Of a stretch of 64,000 nucleotides of DNA, positions 13,611-29,498 are shown one piece after another. The DNA is taken from the NCBI RefSeq assembly GCF_009914755.1, contig NC_060945.1, one strand, 5' to 3'. How positions within the stretch are numbered: position 1 is the stretch's first letter; the number at the start of each line of letters is the position of its first letter. Below the pieces are notes generated by a model. That model saw nothing but the letters and a program-made list of their open reading frames with translations. It had not been told where the DNA came from and searched no databases. The translations under genes were made by a program, and so were the position numbers. Source of the DNA: the human T2T-CHM13v2.0 reference genome, Homo sapiens.

Positions 13611-15453
13611 GTGTTTTTCTCTCTTGTGCAGTAGTTTTTACTCCAGTCTAGTTGTTAGGATTTTTTGGTGAGAGTCAGGTTTTAGGGCTACAGTTGAGCA
13701 GAGGCCAGGGGGTAGGTGTGCCACTGTCAGTTGCAGATCCCACTGTCCCACTTTCGAGTGGGTGGCTTATAAAACATGTCCTGCTAACATCCTGGTTGCT
13801 TTACCAGTTGATTTGAAGTACCTCATTTATTTAAAGAGAATAGGAGGCAACGAAGTGGCCAGCTGTGATGGAAACTAGCCCTGCTCTGTAGTAGGGCTTG
13901 ATCCACACTCCAGGGGCGACGGGGGCTGAGGAGGGGAGCAAGACGGCCGGATAGAGGCCTCTGCCCTGTGGGTGCTGCTTACTAGCCTTGCGCACTCCCT
14001 TAATGGAAAATGTGTTAAGAATGGAGATTGTGCCTACCTTGCACAGCTGGCTGCTGGGGTGAGCGGTAACACCCGTGAAGTGAGGCCAGTTCTGCGTGAG
14101 TTCAGGATCCTCCTTGACAGAGTATTTCCTTTTTTTTTCTGTAACAATTTCTAATTTTCCCTCCATTTACAAAAGTTGAATGTTTTCTTTATGTAAATTT
14201 GGAAAATAACAGACAAATATACGAAGAAAATGTCGTTGCTTTTGCTAGCAGGAAGAGGTTCCCTTTTTTTGTCCATGGCCTTCTTATGTATAGATGAACT
14301 GCAGTTATTTCCTTGCTCCTATTTGGACATTTGAATTCTTCAAAATTCTTTGCAATTGCAGCAGTTTGTATCCTTATACATACATCTTTGTGTGTAAATT
14401 CATACAAGTAGAATTGGAAGGTCGAAGATAGACATGTTTTTAAAGCTATATGTTGTTAATTTGTCCTCCAGAAAGGTCTTCCCATTTTCAGTCATGCTAG
14501 TGATGCCTGTTTTCCTGCACCTTTGGTAAGAAAAAAGTATGATACTTATATATTTTGTCGCCAAATTAGAAGAACGGGGAAGATACTTTCTTGAAGGCCA
14601 TAATGTGTTTGTTACAATGATTGCCCAAGTGATTTTTTGGGGGGGTTTGGAATGTGTTTCATTCAGCGTTTGACCTTTTATCACCTTAGCTGCTGGTTAT
14701 GTAACAGACCGTGTGGGCCTAGCAGGGTCAGGACTCCTCCAGACCCCAGGGGAGTCACCAGCCTAGCCTGTGGCACGGAGGAACCGTGCATGGGACGCCG
14801 TCGGAGTTAGCTGGCCGGTTTGTGAACAGAGGCTGTGTGTGGCCAACCTGCAGGTTGAACCAGAGGAAGAAGAAGGTTTACAGTCAAAGCTGGCCAGCTG
14901 GGATCGGTATTCTGAGGTGCAGGCCTGGCAGAGGACAAAGGCAGAGATGTAGTGTGGGAATGTAGATTGTGTTTGCTGAGGGCTTACAGTGTACCCGACA
15001 CCCTGCTGGGTGGGTGCTCTCATGTGTAGGTGGAGGATCTTGTGCACCCATGAGCCATGAGGGGGAGGAGCTGGATTGAAGGAGGAGGGGTGGTTGTGAG
15101 AGCTGTTGCTGAAGAAGAACTGATGGCTCACTGGACAAAAGGAAAGAGAGGACTGTCAAGAATCATTCAAGAAACGTTTCCTTGCCTGCCAGGCACTGTG
15201 GGAGACAGGGATGGGGGTGCACATAAATGAAGAGGAAAGGGCCCCACCTACCGGCATGAGGTGCCACGGGTCATCAGCACAGTGTCCAAGTAGTGACGAA
15301 GTGTTGTCTGCACACAGGGGACTGTAAGGGAGGGAAAGGCAGCTTTGCCGGATGCCTCAGGTCAGCTTGGTAAACATTTGCAGGTGCCTGATAGGTGCTA
15401 GGGAAGCTTTCTAGAGGAGGCCCTATGTGAACTCCATTAAAAAGATTCATTCA

Positions 15454-15756
<303 letters not shown>

Positions 15757-16219
15757 TCACTTATCAGATCTTCATTGAGCTTCTGTTTTGTGCCAACCAT
15801 TGTGGTAGGCACTGTATTTTCAGCAGAGAGTGAAATAGAATTCCTGGCCTTATGAAGCTTACGTGCTAAGGAATGAGTAGGGGGAGTAAGAACTCACCAG
15901 GTAGATGTGACTGCTGGTGGCGCGGGAGAGTGCGTTTCAGGTGGAGAAGATGGTGTTATTGAAGGTGCTCTGGAGGAGCCTGGTCTTGCTAGAACTTCAG
16001 GGGTGAGGCAGGCTTTGGGGGCAATGAAGGGAAATTCTGAAGTTCTTTGTGTGTCACGTTGAAGCTTGCCCTTTGTTCTGTAGCCAGTAGGGAGCCATGA
16101 AAGGTTAGGACCTAGTGAGGCAGAGGGCAGAGAGAGGCAGAGAGAGGTGAAGAGTTTGGAAACTTCTGCCATAGTCCAAGGGAAAAGACGGAGTTCCAAA
16201 AGGCAGTTGAGGTAGATTT

Positions 16220-16516
<297 letters not shown>

Positions 16517-16559
16517 GCAGATTTTAAATAAATAGGTTCAAGAAAAATTTAGTGAATTG

Positions 16560-18990
16560 ATGGTTCTGGGTCCACTGGATATCCATATATAAAAACAAAT
16601 CTTGATCTCACCCCATAAACAAAATTAATTCCAGGTGGAGTTTTGATCTAAACATGAAAAATAAAATAAGAAAACTCTTGAAGATAACTTGGGAAAATGT
16701 CTTTGGGACCTTAAGGTTGGCAAATATTCCTTAAATAGGACATGAAACCTTTATGGTTATGCACCAGCCGTGAAGGAAGAGGGTCCTGCATTAGACTACG
16801 TAAACATCAGTGCTTCTCTTCACTGAAAGGTACTCTGAAGGGAGTGAAAAGGCCCTCCGCAGCTTGGAAGAGTACAACCAGTATATATAGACAAGAAAGG
16901 GCCCTTACTCCAGGGCGTACTGTGAAGAACTCACATACATCAATGCAGAAAGACTGACAAACCAGTAGAAAAACAGGCAAGAGAGGAAATCCAAATGGCC
17001 GATAAACATGAAAAGGGGCTCAGTCTCATGAATCATAGCAAAATGCAAACTGAAGCCATTATTAATGAAGTACCAGCACACACCACCAGAATGGCCAGGA
17101 TGGAAAGGCTTTCCTCGGGTATCAGTGGGAGGGTGGAGATGCTGGCGCTCATTCACTGATGGTAGTGTGCATCACTGGGACCACTTTGGAAGGCTGTTTG
17201 CGATATCTAATGGGTATCGCCATTACAACACATGCCCCGTGACCCAGCACATCCACCCCTGGTGTGTACAGATACATGCACACACACATGCATCAGAAGG
17301 CAAGTACACAGAGATACCTGTGGCACCCGTGAGTCATTGGAGCTGCAAACGGGGAAGAACTCAAATGTTCATCTTGTCCAAGGGATGACAACGTTGCACC
17401 GTGGCCCTGTAGTGTGCTAGGGTACAGTGATGAACGTGAATGGGTCGTAGTGGATGACTCTAACCAACCTGAAGTTGAGCTAAAGAAGTTAGACACAAGA
17501 GAAGGCATACTTTTTTTTTTTTTCTGAGATGGAGTCTTGCTCTGTTTCCCAGGCTGGAGTGCAGTGGCGTGATCTTGGCTCACTGCAACCTCTGCCTCCC
17601 GGGTTGAAGCGATAAGAGAGGGCATACTTTTTGATTCCTTGTGTCTGAAGTTCACGGTGAAGCTACACCAGTCTGCTGTGAGCTCTCTGGCAGGTGGAGG
17701 GGCTGGTGACTGGCAGGGAGTTCCAGCGGGAGCTGCCTTCACGGGAGGCATAGCAGGCGTTCACCTAGGACTCATGTACCTTCCAGTGTGTGGGTTGCAC
17801 TCAAGTGGTAGGGGTATCAAAAGAGAGAAGAACAAGAATGCCTTTAATTTTATACTTGGAAGTGGCAAGATGGCACTTGCCATTGCTAATACAGCAATCA
17901 GGAGAGGAGGAGGGACTTTAAGGAAAATTAATATAAATTAAGAATTTGTTTAAGAAGTCTGTTATTCACAAAAGATGATATCCAGATGGCCAAGAGGTAT
18001 CTGATGGCCCATTAGGGAAATGTGAGTTTTCTGGAGACGGTGAGGCCACCACCCGGTTCCAGAGTGAGGTGACCAAGCTGCACGCTCTGCCATTCAGTCT
18101 CAGGCTCTCAGGGCAGAGCGGAGGCTTGGTCTTTGTTGTGTTGGGTGCTGTGGCATGCTGGGTGGCAGATGCCACCATAGAGGCATGGCCTTCGTGCTGT
18201 TGGCTGAGGTGCCCATTTTCTGTGTCGGCCACCATTTAGGAGCAAGGGGCTGACATTTGTTTGGACGACTCAAAGCCATGAAGCCATGGCTGCAGAACAA
18301 TTGCTCTTTTCCAGAGTTTGTGAGACTCTTGTTTTTTATTCTCAAGCTGCACTCTAATGGGTAAAATAAGCCAGGGTGGCTCTGGCACTCTCTGTCCCCT
18401 TCCCCCGAGCTCTTGCGTCTCTGCTGCAGGGATGCTGGTGGGAGAAGAGTGCTGGCACTGCCTGTGTTCTGCTGTGAGTAGCCTGGCGCACTTGGGCCTG
18501 GGGGCGTCTTCGGACCCTGAGAAGTCATCCCTCCGTTGAGGCAGGGGTAACATTGCAAATAGCTTTACCCATAGTAGCCAAACACTGGAAACAACCCAGA
18601 CACTTGATAGGAGTGGATAAATAAACTGTGGCCAACTTGTAGAAAGGTTTAATAAGCAGCAGTGAAAAAGAACAGGCCGACAGACTCAGCAAGGTTGAAT
18701 CTTAAAGATACTGTGTGGAATTAAAGAAGCCCCATGCACAAAGGAGGACATGCTGTGTGATTTCATTATATGAAGTTCACAAATCAGCCAGAAGGAATTG
18801 ATGGTGGCCGAAGTCAGGAGCCGGGTGCCTCTTTGGGGTGGATCTTGACCGGGAAAAGGGACTTGAGAGAACCTTCTAGGATAATTTTATTTCTTGATTA
18901 GGTGGTGGTTACATTTGTAAAAATCATCGACCTCTAAATTTAGGGTTTGTGCCCTTCACATACCTTGTTGTATGCATTTTGCCACTTGTT
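16560..18990 (+). mobile_element. Old L1M(E) fragments, with a 5'-truncated antisense Alu at ~17511-17613
   Basis: L1 ORF2/3' motifs (caaatggccgataaacatgaaaa; tagccaaacactggaaacaaccc). The Alu piece is flanked by an aagaga(a/g)ggcatacttttt duplication. Confidence 0.65.
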
Positions 18991-20078
18991 TTTTCAAAGC
19001 AATGAAAAAGTATCACTGCAATTAGGTTTTAAATAAATTTGTTTCGTTAACATGTCTGGAAGTCTTAGATGTCTTACTGTGGAAGGTCTCGCTGCTGTGG
19101 AGCCCACCTCTTTCAGGCCCTCTAAAGTATAGAGAAGAAGCAGAGTGCTCGGCCCCCTTTGGGGTGTTACCTGGGGTTTGGGTGGGAGCTAAGAGACACA
19201 CACAGTAAGTAGTAACATACGAGGCAGGCGGCTCTGCAAGGCGGCACTGCAGAAAGGGTTGTGTATGCCACATCATATGCCAAATTCACATGCATGTCTT
19301 TTTTTCCCCATAAAAACTGAAATTTTAAAATGATCTGTGATAGGAAATACAGGGAGCTGTGATTCTCCTGGGAAATAAAGGCACTTAGAGCATGGAGCCG
19401 GTGAGAACTCGCAGCGGAGACCAGAGCAGGCCCGGGGGAGGCTTTGCACTTTGGGAGGTGTGAGTTCCAGAGGGAGGGGTGGCCGAGCTCACCTTCAGGT
19501 TTCTGTTATTCAGTGAAAGCCTGCCCTTGTTCCTTGGCGTGGGTGTGTGCAGGACCTGCCTGCTCTCTCCCACCTCCTTCAGGATGGAAGTTGAAGGTGA
19601 AGTCTCAGCAGCCAGTGGCCAATGGGTGCCACTGGATTTTGTTGTTTGTACCCCAGAAAAGCTGCCGCTACCTGATGCTGCTACTTTTTTAATACTGTCG
19701 TTCAAGCTTACCAAAGCGGGACTTGCTCTTTGCAGGAAAAAAATATACAAAGAACTATTCTATAATCATGCCATGCAGTAATTAATGCCACTGTTGGCAT
19801 TTTGGTGGTATCATTTGGGAGCCTTTCTGGGGTGCACCTGTGCTGTCAGGTGGCGCCTCAGCTCTCGGCTGCTGCTGTTCCCTGCGGACTCAGTTCAGCG
19901 CCTGGTCGCGGAGCGGCCCTCGTGCCCTGGCTGCTCTTGCTTCTGCATCCAGCGTCCTCTGCCGCGGCTCCGCTGCTGTGGCTCCTGGGCTTTATCTCCC
20001 TTCTCTGTGGATGCATCTTTACCAAAAGCACTGTACGTCTTCCTGCTTTGTAAGAGTCTCTCGTGGTCTCCTAGGAGG

Positions 20079-20377
20079 TGTTTGTTTGTTTGTTTGTTTT
20101 GTGTTTCGCTATTGTTGCCCAGGCTGGAGTGCAATGGCATGATCTTGGCTCACCGCAACCTCCGCCTCCCGGGTTCAAATGATTCTCCTGTCTAAGCCTC
20201 TCGAGTAGCTGGGATTACAGGTGCATGCCACCACACCCGGCTAATTTTTGTATTTTTAGTAGAGATGGGGTTTCATCATATTGGTCAGGCTGGTCTCAAA
20301 CTCCTGACCTCAGGTGATCTGCCCACCTCGGCCTCCCAACGTGCTGAGATTACAGGCGTGAGCCACCGCGCCCGGCC
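20079..20377 (-). mobile_element. Alu
   Basis: Antisense dimer; target duplication tctcctaggaggt on both sides. Confidence 0.92.
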
Positions 20378-21937
20378 TCTCCTAGGAGGTCTTTCTGTCA
20401 CCAGTGTGTGCCCAGGGGAGGTGCCTGTTTACAGAAGCTTTTGCGCAGTGGGTACTGATGGTGGTAGCGTCTTGGGAGATGAAAAGTATCCCAGATCTCC
20501 TGGCACCTGGGAACCAGGCGGGCCTGCAAGGTGCGGTCAGCCCGCTCCAGGCCTGCTGTGGTTTGACTGATGAGGACGCTCATCAATCGGAGGGACACGC
20601 TCTGTCCAGGATCTCAGAGCTGCTTCCTGCTGCCCCGCTTTTCTGTGCCTTCCCTCAGTGTGGTATGTTTGGGTGAGAGAGTTGTGCAGCTTTATGAAAG
20701 TGGCTTCCGATTATGCAGTTTTTGACCTACACTGATTTTTTTTTCCCAAAAGGTTTAAGTAGCTTATCTTATTTTTCAGAAGTTGGGCTTTTTAGCTTTT
20801 ATGGGAACATTTGATGGCACTCTTTGGTTCTTCCTTGTTGGTTCCAGGTCCTTTATTTGTGCTCAGGGTGCCTTGCAAGAGTTCTTATGGGAGTCAGTTT
20901 CCCCGGCATTGGCAGCTCATCACCTGTTGACTGGTGATTTGAAGAGCACAGGTGAACACATTTCACCAAAACTAGGACACATCATGAAGTCAGTGCCACC
21001 AGAGAAAAAGTCAGCATTGCCACTTAAAAGTGTAAGATGCCACTTGATTAAGAGAAACATTCCTATTTCAGAAGTGCTAAAATGTGGGGGAAAACTGCAT
21101 CTTATACAGCAGGCGATTTTGCTTTTCTGATAGTGTTTTCTTTTTTTTGTTTTTTAAGTGGAAAGGCTCAAGTAAATACAGAAGCAGAGAGGATAACATA
21201 ATTCCCATGTAGGACCCATGAACAGTTACAGTAGGCGCGGTACCTGGCCAGCCTCTACTTCATCTGCATCCTCGTTCACTTGCCCTGGGACGTTTTTCAA
21301 ATACAGACATTGGGTTTCACCTGTAAATACTGCAGTGTATAGGGAGCAATAGGGAGCTCTTTTTCCCAAACATAAATATACTGTCTTTATCACGCCTGAA
21401 GAGTGAACTGTAATTCCTCGTGTGATATTTCTACTCGGTATTCAGTTTCTGCTGTTGAACGTGATCTTTCTTAAATGTGACCAAGCAGTCATTTGAGGTC
21501 TTAGTTTTCCCTCCCCTCTTGACACTAATCTGTGGCCAATCCTCACTCTTGGAGTAAATGATCATATTTGGTCTTTTTCTAGGTTTTTCCTTTTTTTAAA
21601 AAAAAATTCTTTTTCTATATATATTTTTCAGATCTAGACCTGCAGAGGCTTTTTCTTAATAAGGTTTTCAAAAATACAATAATTGAAAGTTATACATAAA
21701 ACCTGATAACACATTTGAATATAGGTCACACTGCTTCTCTCTTCCCATGTGAATGTAGGTGATTAGTGTTCTTTGCCCCTTTCTCTCTCCTGTAGCTCTG
21801 CATATCACAGAACTGTTAGATGAGGTGGCTGCTTGAAGGATGGAGGGTTTTGCACGTTCAAGCTAGAGCATGTGGGTTTGTTCAAGCTAGAGCTGTCCCG
21901 GAGCACCCCTCACACGTTCGCATTTGCACCCCCACAG

Positions 21938-22084
21938 GTCTCTGTCCCACCTGGTGCTCTGGACTGCTGGGTGTTTCTGAGCTGTCTGGAGGTGTTGCAG
22001 AGGATAGAAGGCTGCTGTGACCGGGCACAGATCGACTCAAACATTGCCCACACTGTGGGGCTATGGAGCTATGCCACAGAAAAG
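21938..22084 (+). CDS. TRAPPC10: TRAPPC10 exon 8
   Basis: Acceptor cccccacag; VSVPPGALDCWVFLSCLEVL...SYATEK; donor AAG|GTGCCT. Confidence 0.93.
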
Positions 22085-22652
22085 GTGCCTACCTGCCCAA
22101 GTGTGGAATGCTCACGTTGTCTCTGCGGCCATGCCTGGGTGGCGGAGGAAGTCTGCTGTTTGGAGGAGAGGTGTTGCTCATTTAGATCACGATGCATCCA
22201 CTTTAGTGGCCCTAGAAGGTGTCTGGGTGCAGCCAAAGAAGTCATAGTTCCCTACCACATGTCGATGTAGTCAGCAGACAGCAAGCACTTGCTGTGCTCC
22301 TGTGAAATTGACTCTGTACCCTGAGTCGGGGGACACGAGGGTGGTGCTGAAATGTCAGCTCACCAGGCAGAGCTGTGCTGGTGTGTGCAGCAGGTAGGCT
22401 GGGCTTATGCAGGTGCAGGCGTAGCCTGGGGAACTCAGGGAGGTGAAGGACAGAAGCGGAGGATTCCCACCCTCCAAGCCTCACTGGGAGCTGTTGTGTA
22501 GGATGTATTTTTGTATCCAGATTTGAGTCATTGGGTAGGAAAGCTAAATTTCTTCTAGAATTTAGCTGGATTTGAATTTTTATATTTAAATTCTTGAATT
22601 CCCTGCTGACTCTTACGGCAAATTAATTGAAATTGTGGATTTATCTTAACAG

Positions 22653-22767
22653 TTAAAGTCCTTGGGCTATCTATGTGGACTTGTGTCAGAGAAAGGACCT
22701 AACTCAGAAGATCTCAACAGGACAGTTGACCTTTTGGCAGGTTTGGGAGCTGAGCGACCAGAAACAG
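22653..22767 (+). CDS. TRAPPC10: TRAPPC10 exon 9
   Basis: Acceptor cttaacag; LKSLGYLCGLVSEKGPNSEDLNRTVDLLAGLGAERPET; donor G|GTACTT. Confidence 0.93.
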
Positions 22768-23085
22768 GTACTTTTTTGTATATACCTGTGTGAGTGGTGA
22801 GGTGGACAGTAATGAAAATGTCCTTTGCAAGTTGGCACATTTAACCGAAGTTCTAAGAGTAATCATATTACTCACCATTTGGAAAATTATACCCATTGTT
22901 AGCTGACTGGATTAAAGCACATGATAGTTTACCTTTTAACAGCATAATGCAATATTAGAAATAGTTGAAGAAATTGGAAGGAGTTTCAGAAATGTAGCTG
23001 AGTTTCTCCTGGGCTTAAGGGACTTTATAGCTCATGTTCAAATGCACCACTGTCTCTCTGAATTACAGATGATCTGTTTTTCTAA

Positions 23086-23796
<711 letters not shown>

Positions 23797-24165
23797 TTAG
23801 TAAATTGAATAAATGTTTAAGGGAAAAAATACGTAGTATTTATATTTCATTGTTTCAACTTGAGACCATTTCAGATCACTTCGGAAGTAATTTAATTCAT
23901 CGGAGTATTTGTAATATATGTTTCTAAAAAAGTTTAGTTCTAAAGATCAGAGAAAAAGCATGACACAAAGCGTTTTGACTATTTTATGAATATGTGAATT
24001 GAAAGAGAATGTACATAATCATGTAGTTTCCGTTGGCATTGGCCGGTTTGTAATTTCACAAGAGTCAGATGAGGTCATCTACCTGCAGTATGTGAAGGTG
24101 AATGTAAAGTCATGTGACTGGACATGATGAAGATGAAGAGGGACTCTCGTTTCTTTCTGTTTAAG

Positions 24166-24242
24166 CCAACACAGCTCAGAGTCCTTATAAGAAACTGAAA
24201 GAAGCATTATCGTCAGTGGAAGCTTTTGAAAAACACTACTTA
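24166..24242 (+). CDS. TRAPPC10: TRAPPC10 exon 10
   Basis: Acceptor ttctgtttaag; (A)NTAQSPYKKLKEALSSVEAFEKHYL; donor TTA|GTAAGT. Confidence 0.93.
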
Positions 24243-24920
24243 GTAAGTATTAACAAGTGTTCAATGTCTGTTCTGTGAATACCTGTCTCTAGAAGGCTTT
24301 GCTACATGGCCTGTTGAGTTGGGAAGGAACTGGTGTGGGGGGCCCCTTCTTGTTGGTTTTTTTTAGTTTCTTTGGTACCTGGGGAGTTGTGGACAAAACA
24401 TGGAGTAGTTCATCAAATGTGTATTAGTGCCCATGGTACCATGCTAGGCATGGAATCATCTTTGAATATTTACCGTTTTGTTCAAATTGGGTTTGCTCAC
24501 ACAGAAATTATAAGAGAGGCTAGTGAATACTTTTCTTTGTAAAAAGGAGTAATTTGGACTTGGGCAGAGCTATTGTATTTGATTTTGAAAGACTTAAATT
24601 AGCAAAACTTTAAAAAACGGTGTAGGCAGAAGTGTGGTGGGTCAGCGTCATTCCCGGGTCATGGGCAACTTGAGCGTTTGGTCTGCCCGTAATGGCTGTA
24701 CCTCTTATACACACAAGTATGAAAAATACCCAGCATGTCACCCACGTGCAGAAAGTCCTTGGAAAAGTTAGATGTTTTGGATGAGTTTGTGGGTTTCTTT
24801 TATTATTATGCTTCATAATTTATACACAGGTTACCAATTTTGCTTATATATTACAGAAAAATTCACAAAAATAGATGCAAAGGAAAAAATAATGTTACAT
24901 TATTAGCAATGTCTTCTGCG

Positions 24921-25208
24921 GGCTGGGCATGGTGGCTCACGCCTGTAATTCAGCACTTTGGGAGGCTGAGGCAGGTGGATCACTTGAGGTCAGGAGTTTG
25001 AGACCAGCCTAGCCAACATGGTGAAATCCTGTCTCTGCTAAAGATACAAAAAATTAGCCGGGCCTGGTGGCGCCTGTAGTCCCAGCTACTTGGGAAGCTG
25101 AGGCACAAGAATCACTTCAACCTATGAGGCGGAGGTTGCAGTGAGCTGAGATCTCACCGCTGTGCTCCAGCCTGGGCGATGGAGCAAGACTCTGTCTCAA
25201 AACAAAAA
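24921..25208 (+). mobile_element. Alu
   Basis: Full dimer; flanking caatgtctt duplication. Confidence 0.9.
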
Positions 25209-25306
25209 CCCAACAATGTCTTTTGTGTGAGCTTTAGGTGAATAAATGTAGTATTTGTCCATCATTAAAAGTTCAAGTACATAATTGTGTTTTTACTTCC
25301 CCACAG

Positions 25307-25398
25307 GATTTGTCCCATGCCACCATTGAAATGTATACAAGCATTGGGAGGATTCGATCTGCTAAGTTTGTTGGAAAAGATCTGGCAGAGTTTTACAT
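25307..25398 (+). CDS. TRAPPC10: TRAPPC10 exon 11
   Basis: Acceptor cttccccacag; DLSHATIEMYTSIGRIRSAKFVGKDLAEFY(M); donor AT|GTAATT. Confidence 0.93.
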
Positions 25399-26419
25399 GT
25401 AATTGATTTTGTACTTTTCTTTGAATTCTAAACATACAAATAACACGAGAAGATTTGTTATATATGGAGTTAGTATAAAGTGCACATAAATTTGTAGACT
25501 GAAAAGTGTAGATTCTCTTACCCAGTCCTCATAATTTTTTTTTCAGTTTCTTCTGAAAACCAGATGGAGAGATTTTCTGCTTGTTACTCTTAATAACTGT
25601 TATTGGTCTTTGAGGTTCTTTTATTTAATTAAATATATACATTTTTGTAACTAAGTTTAATTAAAGAATTATAAGACAGTATAATGGTGAGTAAATTGGC
25701 ATATAGATTCTTACATATTTTGTTATATAGCATTTCTCTAATTTTATCAAGTATTAAGAGGACTGAAAAACCTCAAGGCCATTGATGTAAAGCTACTGCA
25801 TGTGTCAGGTTCATGAAAGAGGGATGATCTAGGGATGACTGGAAGAAGGTGTGTACAAAGACTGCAGGGTTTCCATTCCAGCTCCAGCTTTGAAGTTTGA
25901 TTCCAGAAAAACTCAAAATTTAGCGTATTTCTGGTGTGTTTCATAAAATCAGACTATCAAAGAGAAGAAACCCCAGTGGGTCATGTGGTTACCATTTCAG
26001 AGTACTCAAAGGAGATACAAGCTATAAGGAAAAAGATGCTTGTTTTCATTTTCTAAAAAAAAAAAAAAAAAAAGTGATTGAAATGAGATCTTGAAATCTG
26101 TACTCAAGTGATTTCATTAGGTGAAGCAAGAAATGAGAATTGATTTGAACTGATGTGAATTGGCTGGAAAGGGATTCTTAGATCAGCTAAGTGAACTTTC
26201 TGGTTTTCCGGATGTGGTTGGAGCAGCTTTGCCGATTACCCACTGGTTAACAGCAGAGTCACAGCTAGAATGTAGCTCTCTTGAACTTCCATGCTGTGTA
26301 TCTGAAGAGGAAGGTGCTCCTTAAGGAAGCAGAGAGGCTTCTCGGGAAAGGGGAGGGGATCCTTGTTGCTCCTGAGGCTTTGACAAGCCCTTATTAATTT
26401 GCATTTTAAAGGCAGGCAA

Positions 26420-26568
26420 GGCCGCACACACCAGTAGTCCCAGCTACAGTGGAGGAGGCTGAGGCGGGAGGATCACTTGAGCTGAGGAGTTTGAGACTGC
26501 AGTGAGCTATGATCACACCACTGTATTCCAGCCTGAGTGACAGAGCAAGACCCCATCTTTAAAAAAAA
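26420..26568 (+). mobile_element. Alu monomer (FRAM/FLAM-like)
   Basis: Single arm with A tail. Confidence 0.8.
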
Positions 26569-27177
26569 CAGTTGTGCTTTAAACTTTGCTTTGGGGGCCA
26601 AGTGTGGCTATTTTAATTCTCCGGCGTTCTCTGGAAGCTGGATCCTGTGGAGTGCTCTTTGCCTGAGTTTCCAAGTGGCTCTGTGCTCCCTTCCGCTTGC
26701 GCCCTGTAGACTGCTTCTGTGTTTCTGTGCCTTTAGTAGGTAGTGTAGACCCATACTTGGACTTCCTGGCTTCATTGCTGACTAGCAGTGTACTTGTGGA
26801 CAAGCCCTTCCTTCACCTTCTCTTAGCCTTGGCCCTCTTGCCTGTCAGCTTGAGATCATGAATGATAGGCTCACTTTCTTATCCTGAGATTCAGCTATGA
26901 AAGTTCCTCGACATGTGTATAAAGCCAGACCAACGATGTGTTGTGCTCTTATCACCACACGCTCATTTCTCAGATCTTTGCCTGGGAGTCTAATTATGTC
27001 GTCCTGAGTAGGTACTCTTTCTCACGGAGTGGGGTGGGTGGAAAAGGGCTATCTAGAGATGTTGAGTCTGTCCTGGCATGGGGTCTGGAGGATGGAGGCC
27101 AAAGCGGGAGAGATGGGGTTTCAGTGTGTTGATTATCCCTAGCTGTAATGAAAGCTACTGTTTGTTGACTTTGCAAG

Positions 27178-27318
27178 GAGGAAAAAGGCTCCACAAAAGG
27201 CAGAAATCTATCTTCAAGGAGCACTGAAAAACTACCTGGCTGAGGGCTGGGCACTCCCCATCACACACACAAGGAAGCAGCTGGCCGAATGTCAAAAGCA
27301 CCTTGGACAAATTGAAAA
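27178..27318 (+). CDS. TRAPPC10: TRAPPC10 exon 12
   Basis: Acceptor ctttgcaag; RKKAPQKAEIYLQGALKNYLAEGWALPITHTRKQLAECQKHLGQIE(N); followed by GTATCCTTT donor. Confidence 0.92.
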
Positions 27319-27628
27319 GTATCCTTTAATGTTTTCATGAAGCAGGAAAATTATTTTCTGTTTATACGGCAACATTGCCCACAATCAATGTTTCATTCAC
27401 ACCTATTATTAAGGAGATAAAAGTCCTAACTTATACATATGTATTGTATAGAAAATGAATGAAATGTCTAGTCGATTTTTTATAATCTAATTTTGAGCCC
27501 TAGTAACTTAAAAAAAAAAAGCCCTTTGGCTTTTGAAGCCTCTGTGAAGGCCGTAGGAGACTTTGCATCCACTTCCCCCCGCACTCCTAAGTATGAGCCT
27601 CTCCACGCTCCTTACCTCTCCGCTCCAG
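27319..27628 (+). other. TRAPPC10: U12-type (minor spliceosome) GT-AG intron of TRAPPC10
   Basis: 5' splice site GTATCCTTT matches the U12 consensus RTATCCTTT; branch-like TCCTTAC at 27609-27615, ending 13 nt before the exon (CAG at 27626-27628); frame is continuous across it (aa+c = Asn). Confidence 0.9.
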
Positions 27629-27741
27629 CTACCTGCAGACCAGCAGCCTCTTAGCCAGTGACCACCACCTCACTGAAGAGGAGCGCAAGCACTTCTGCCA
27701 GGAGATACTTGACTTTGCCAGCCAGCCGTCAGACAGCCCAG
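27629..27741 (+). CDS. TRAPPC10: TRAPPC10 exon 13
   Basis: YLQTSSLLASDHHLTEEERKHFCQEILDFASQPSDSP; donor G|GTAAGA. Confidence 0.93.
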
Positions 27742-28118
27742 GTAAGACCAGTTCTTACAACTTGACTAGGAATATTTTCAAATATTACAGAAGTAAAAAA
27801 GAATACAAGATATACCAACCACTTACAGTAAACAGTTGCTAACATTTTGCTGTGTAGCTGACATGTATCTATGTCTTTCACCTGACTTTTTTTTTTATTT
27901 TTGCTTTAAGTCAAACTCTAGACCACATTAGATCTTCTAAAAATAAGGACAGTCTCTTAACCACACCCAAAGAATTAATAAGGTTCTAATATCATCTGCT
28001 AAGTAGGCCATATTCATATTTCCCTAATTGTCTTAAAGTATTTTATAAATCATTTTTAATGGAGTCCAACAGGATATCACATATTACATGTGGTTGTTAG
28101 ATCTCAGTTCTCTTTTAA

Positions 28119-29498
<1,380 letters not shown>

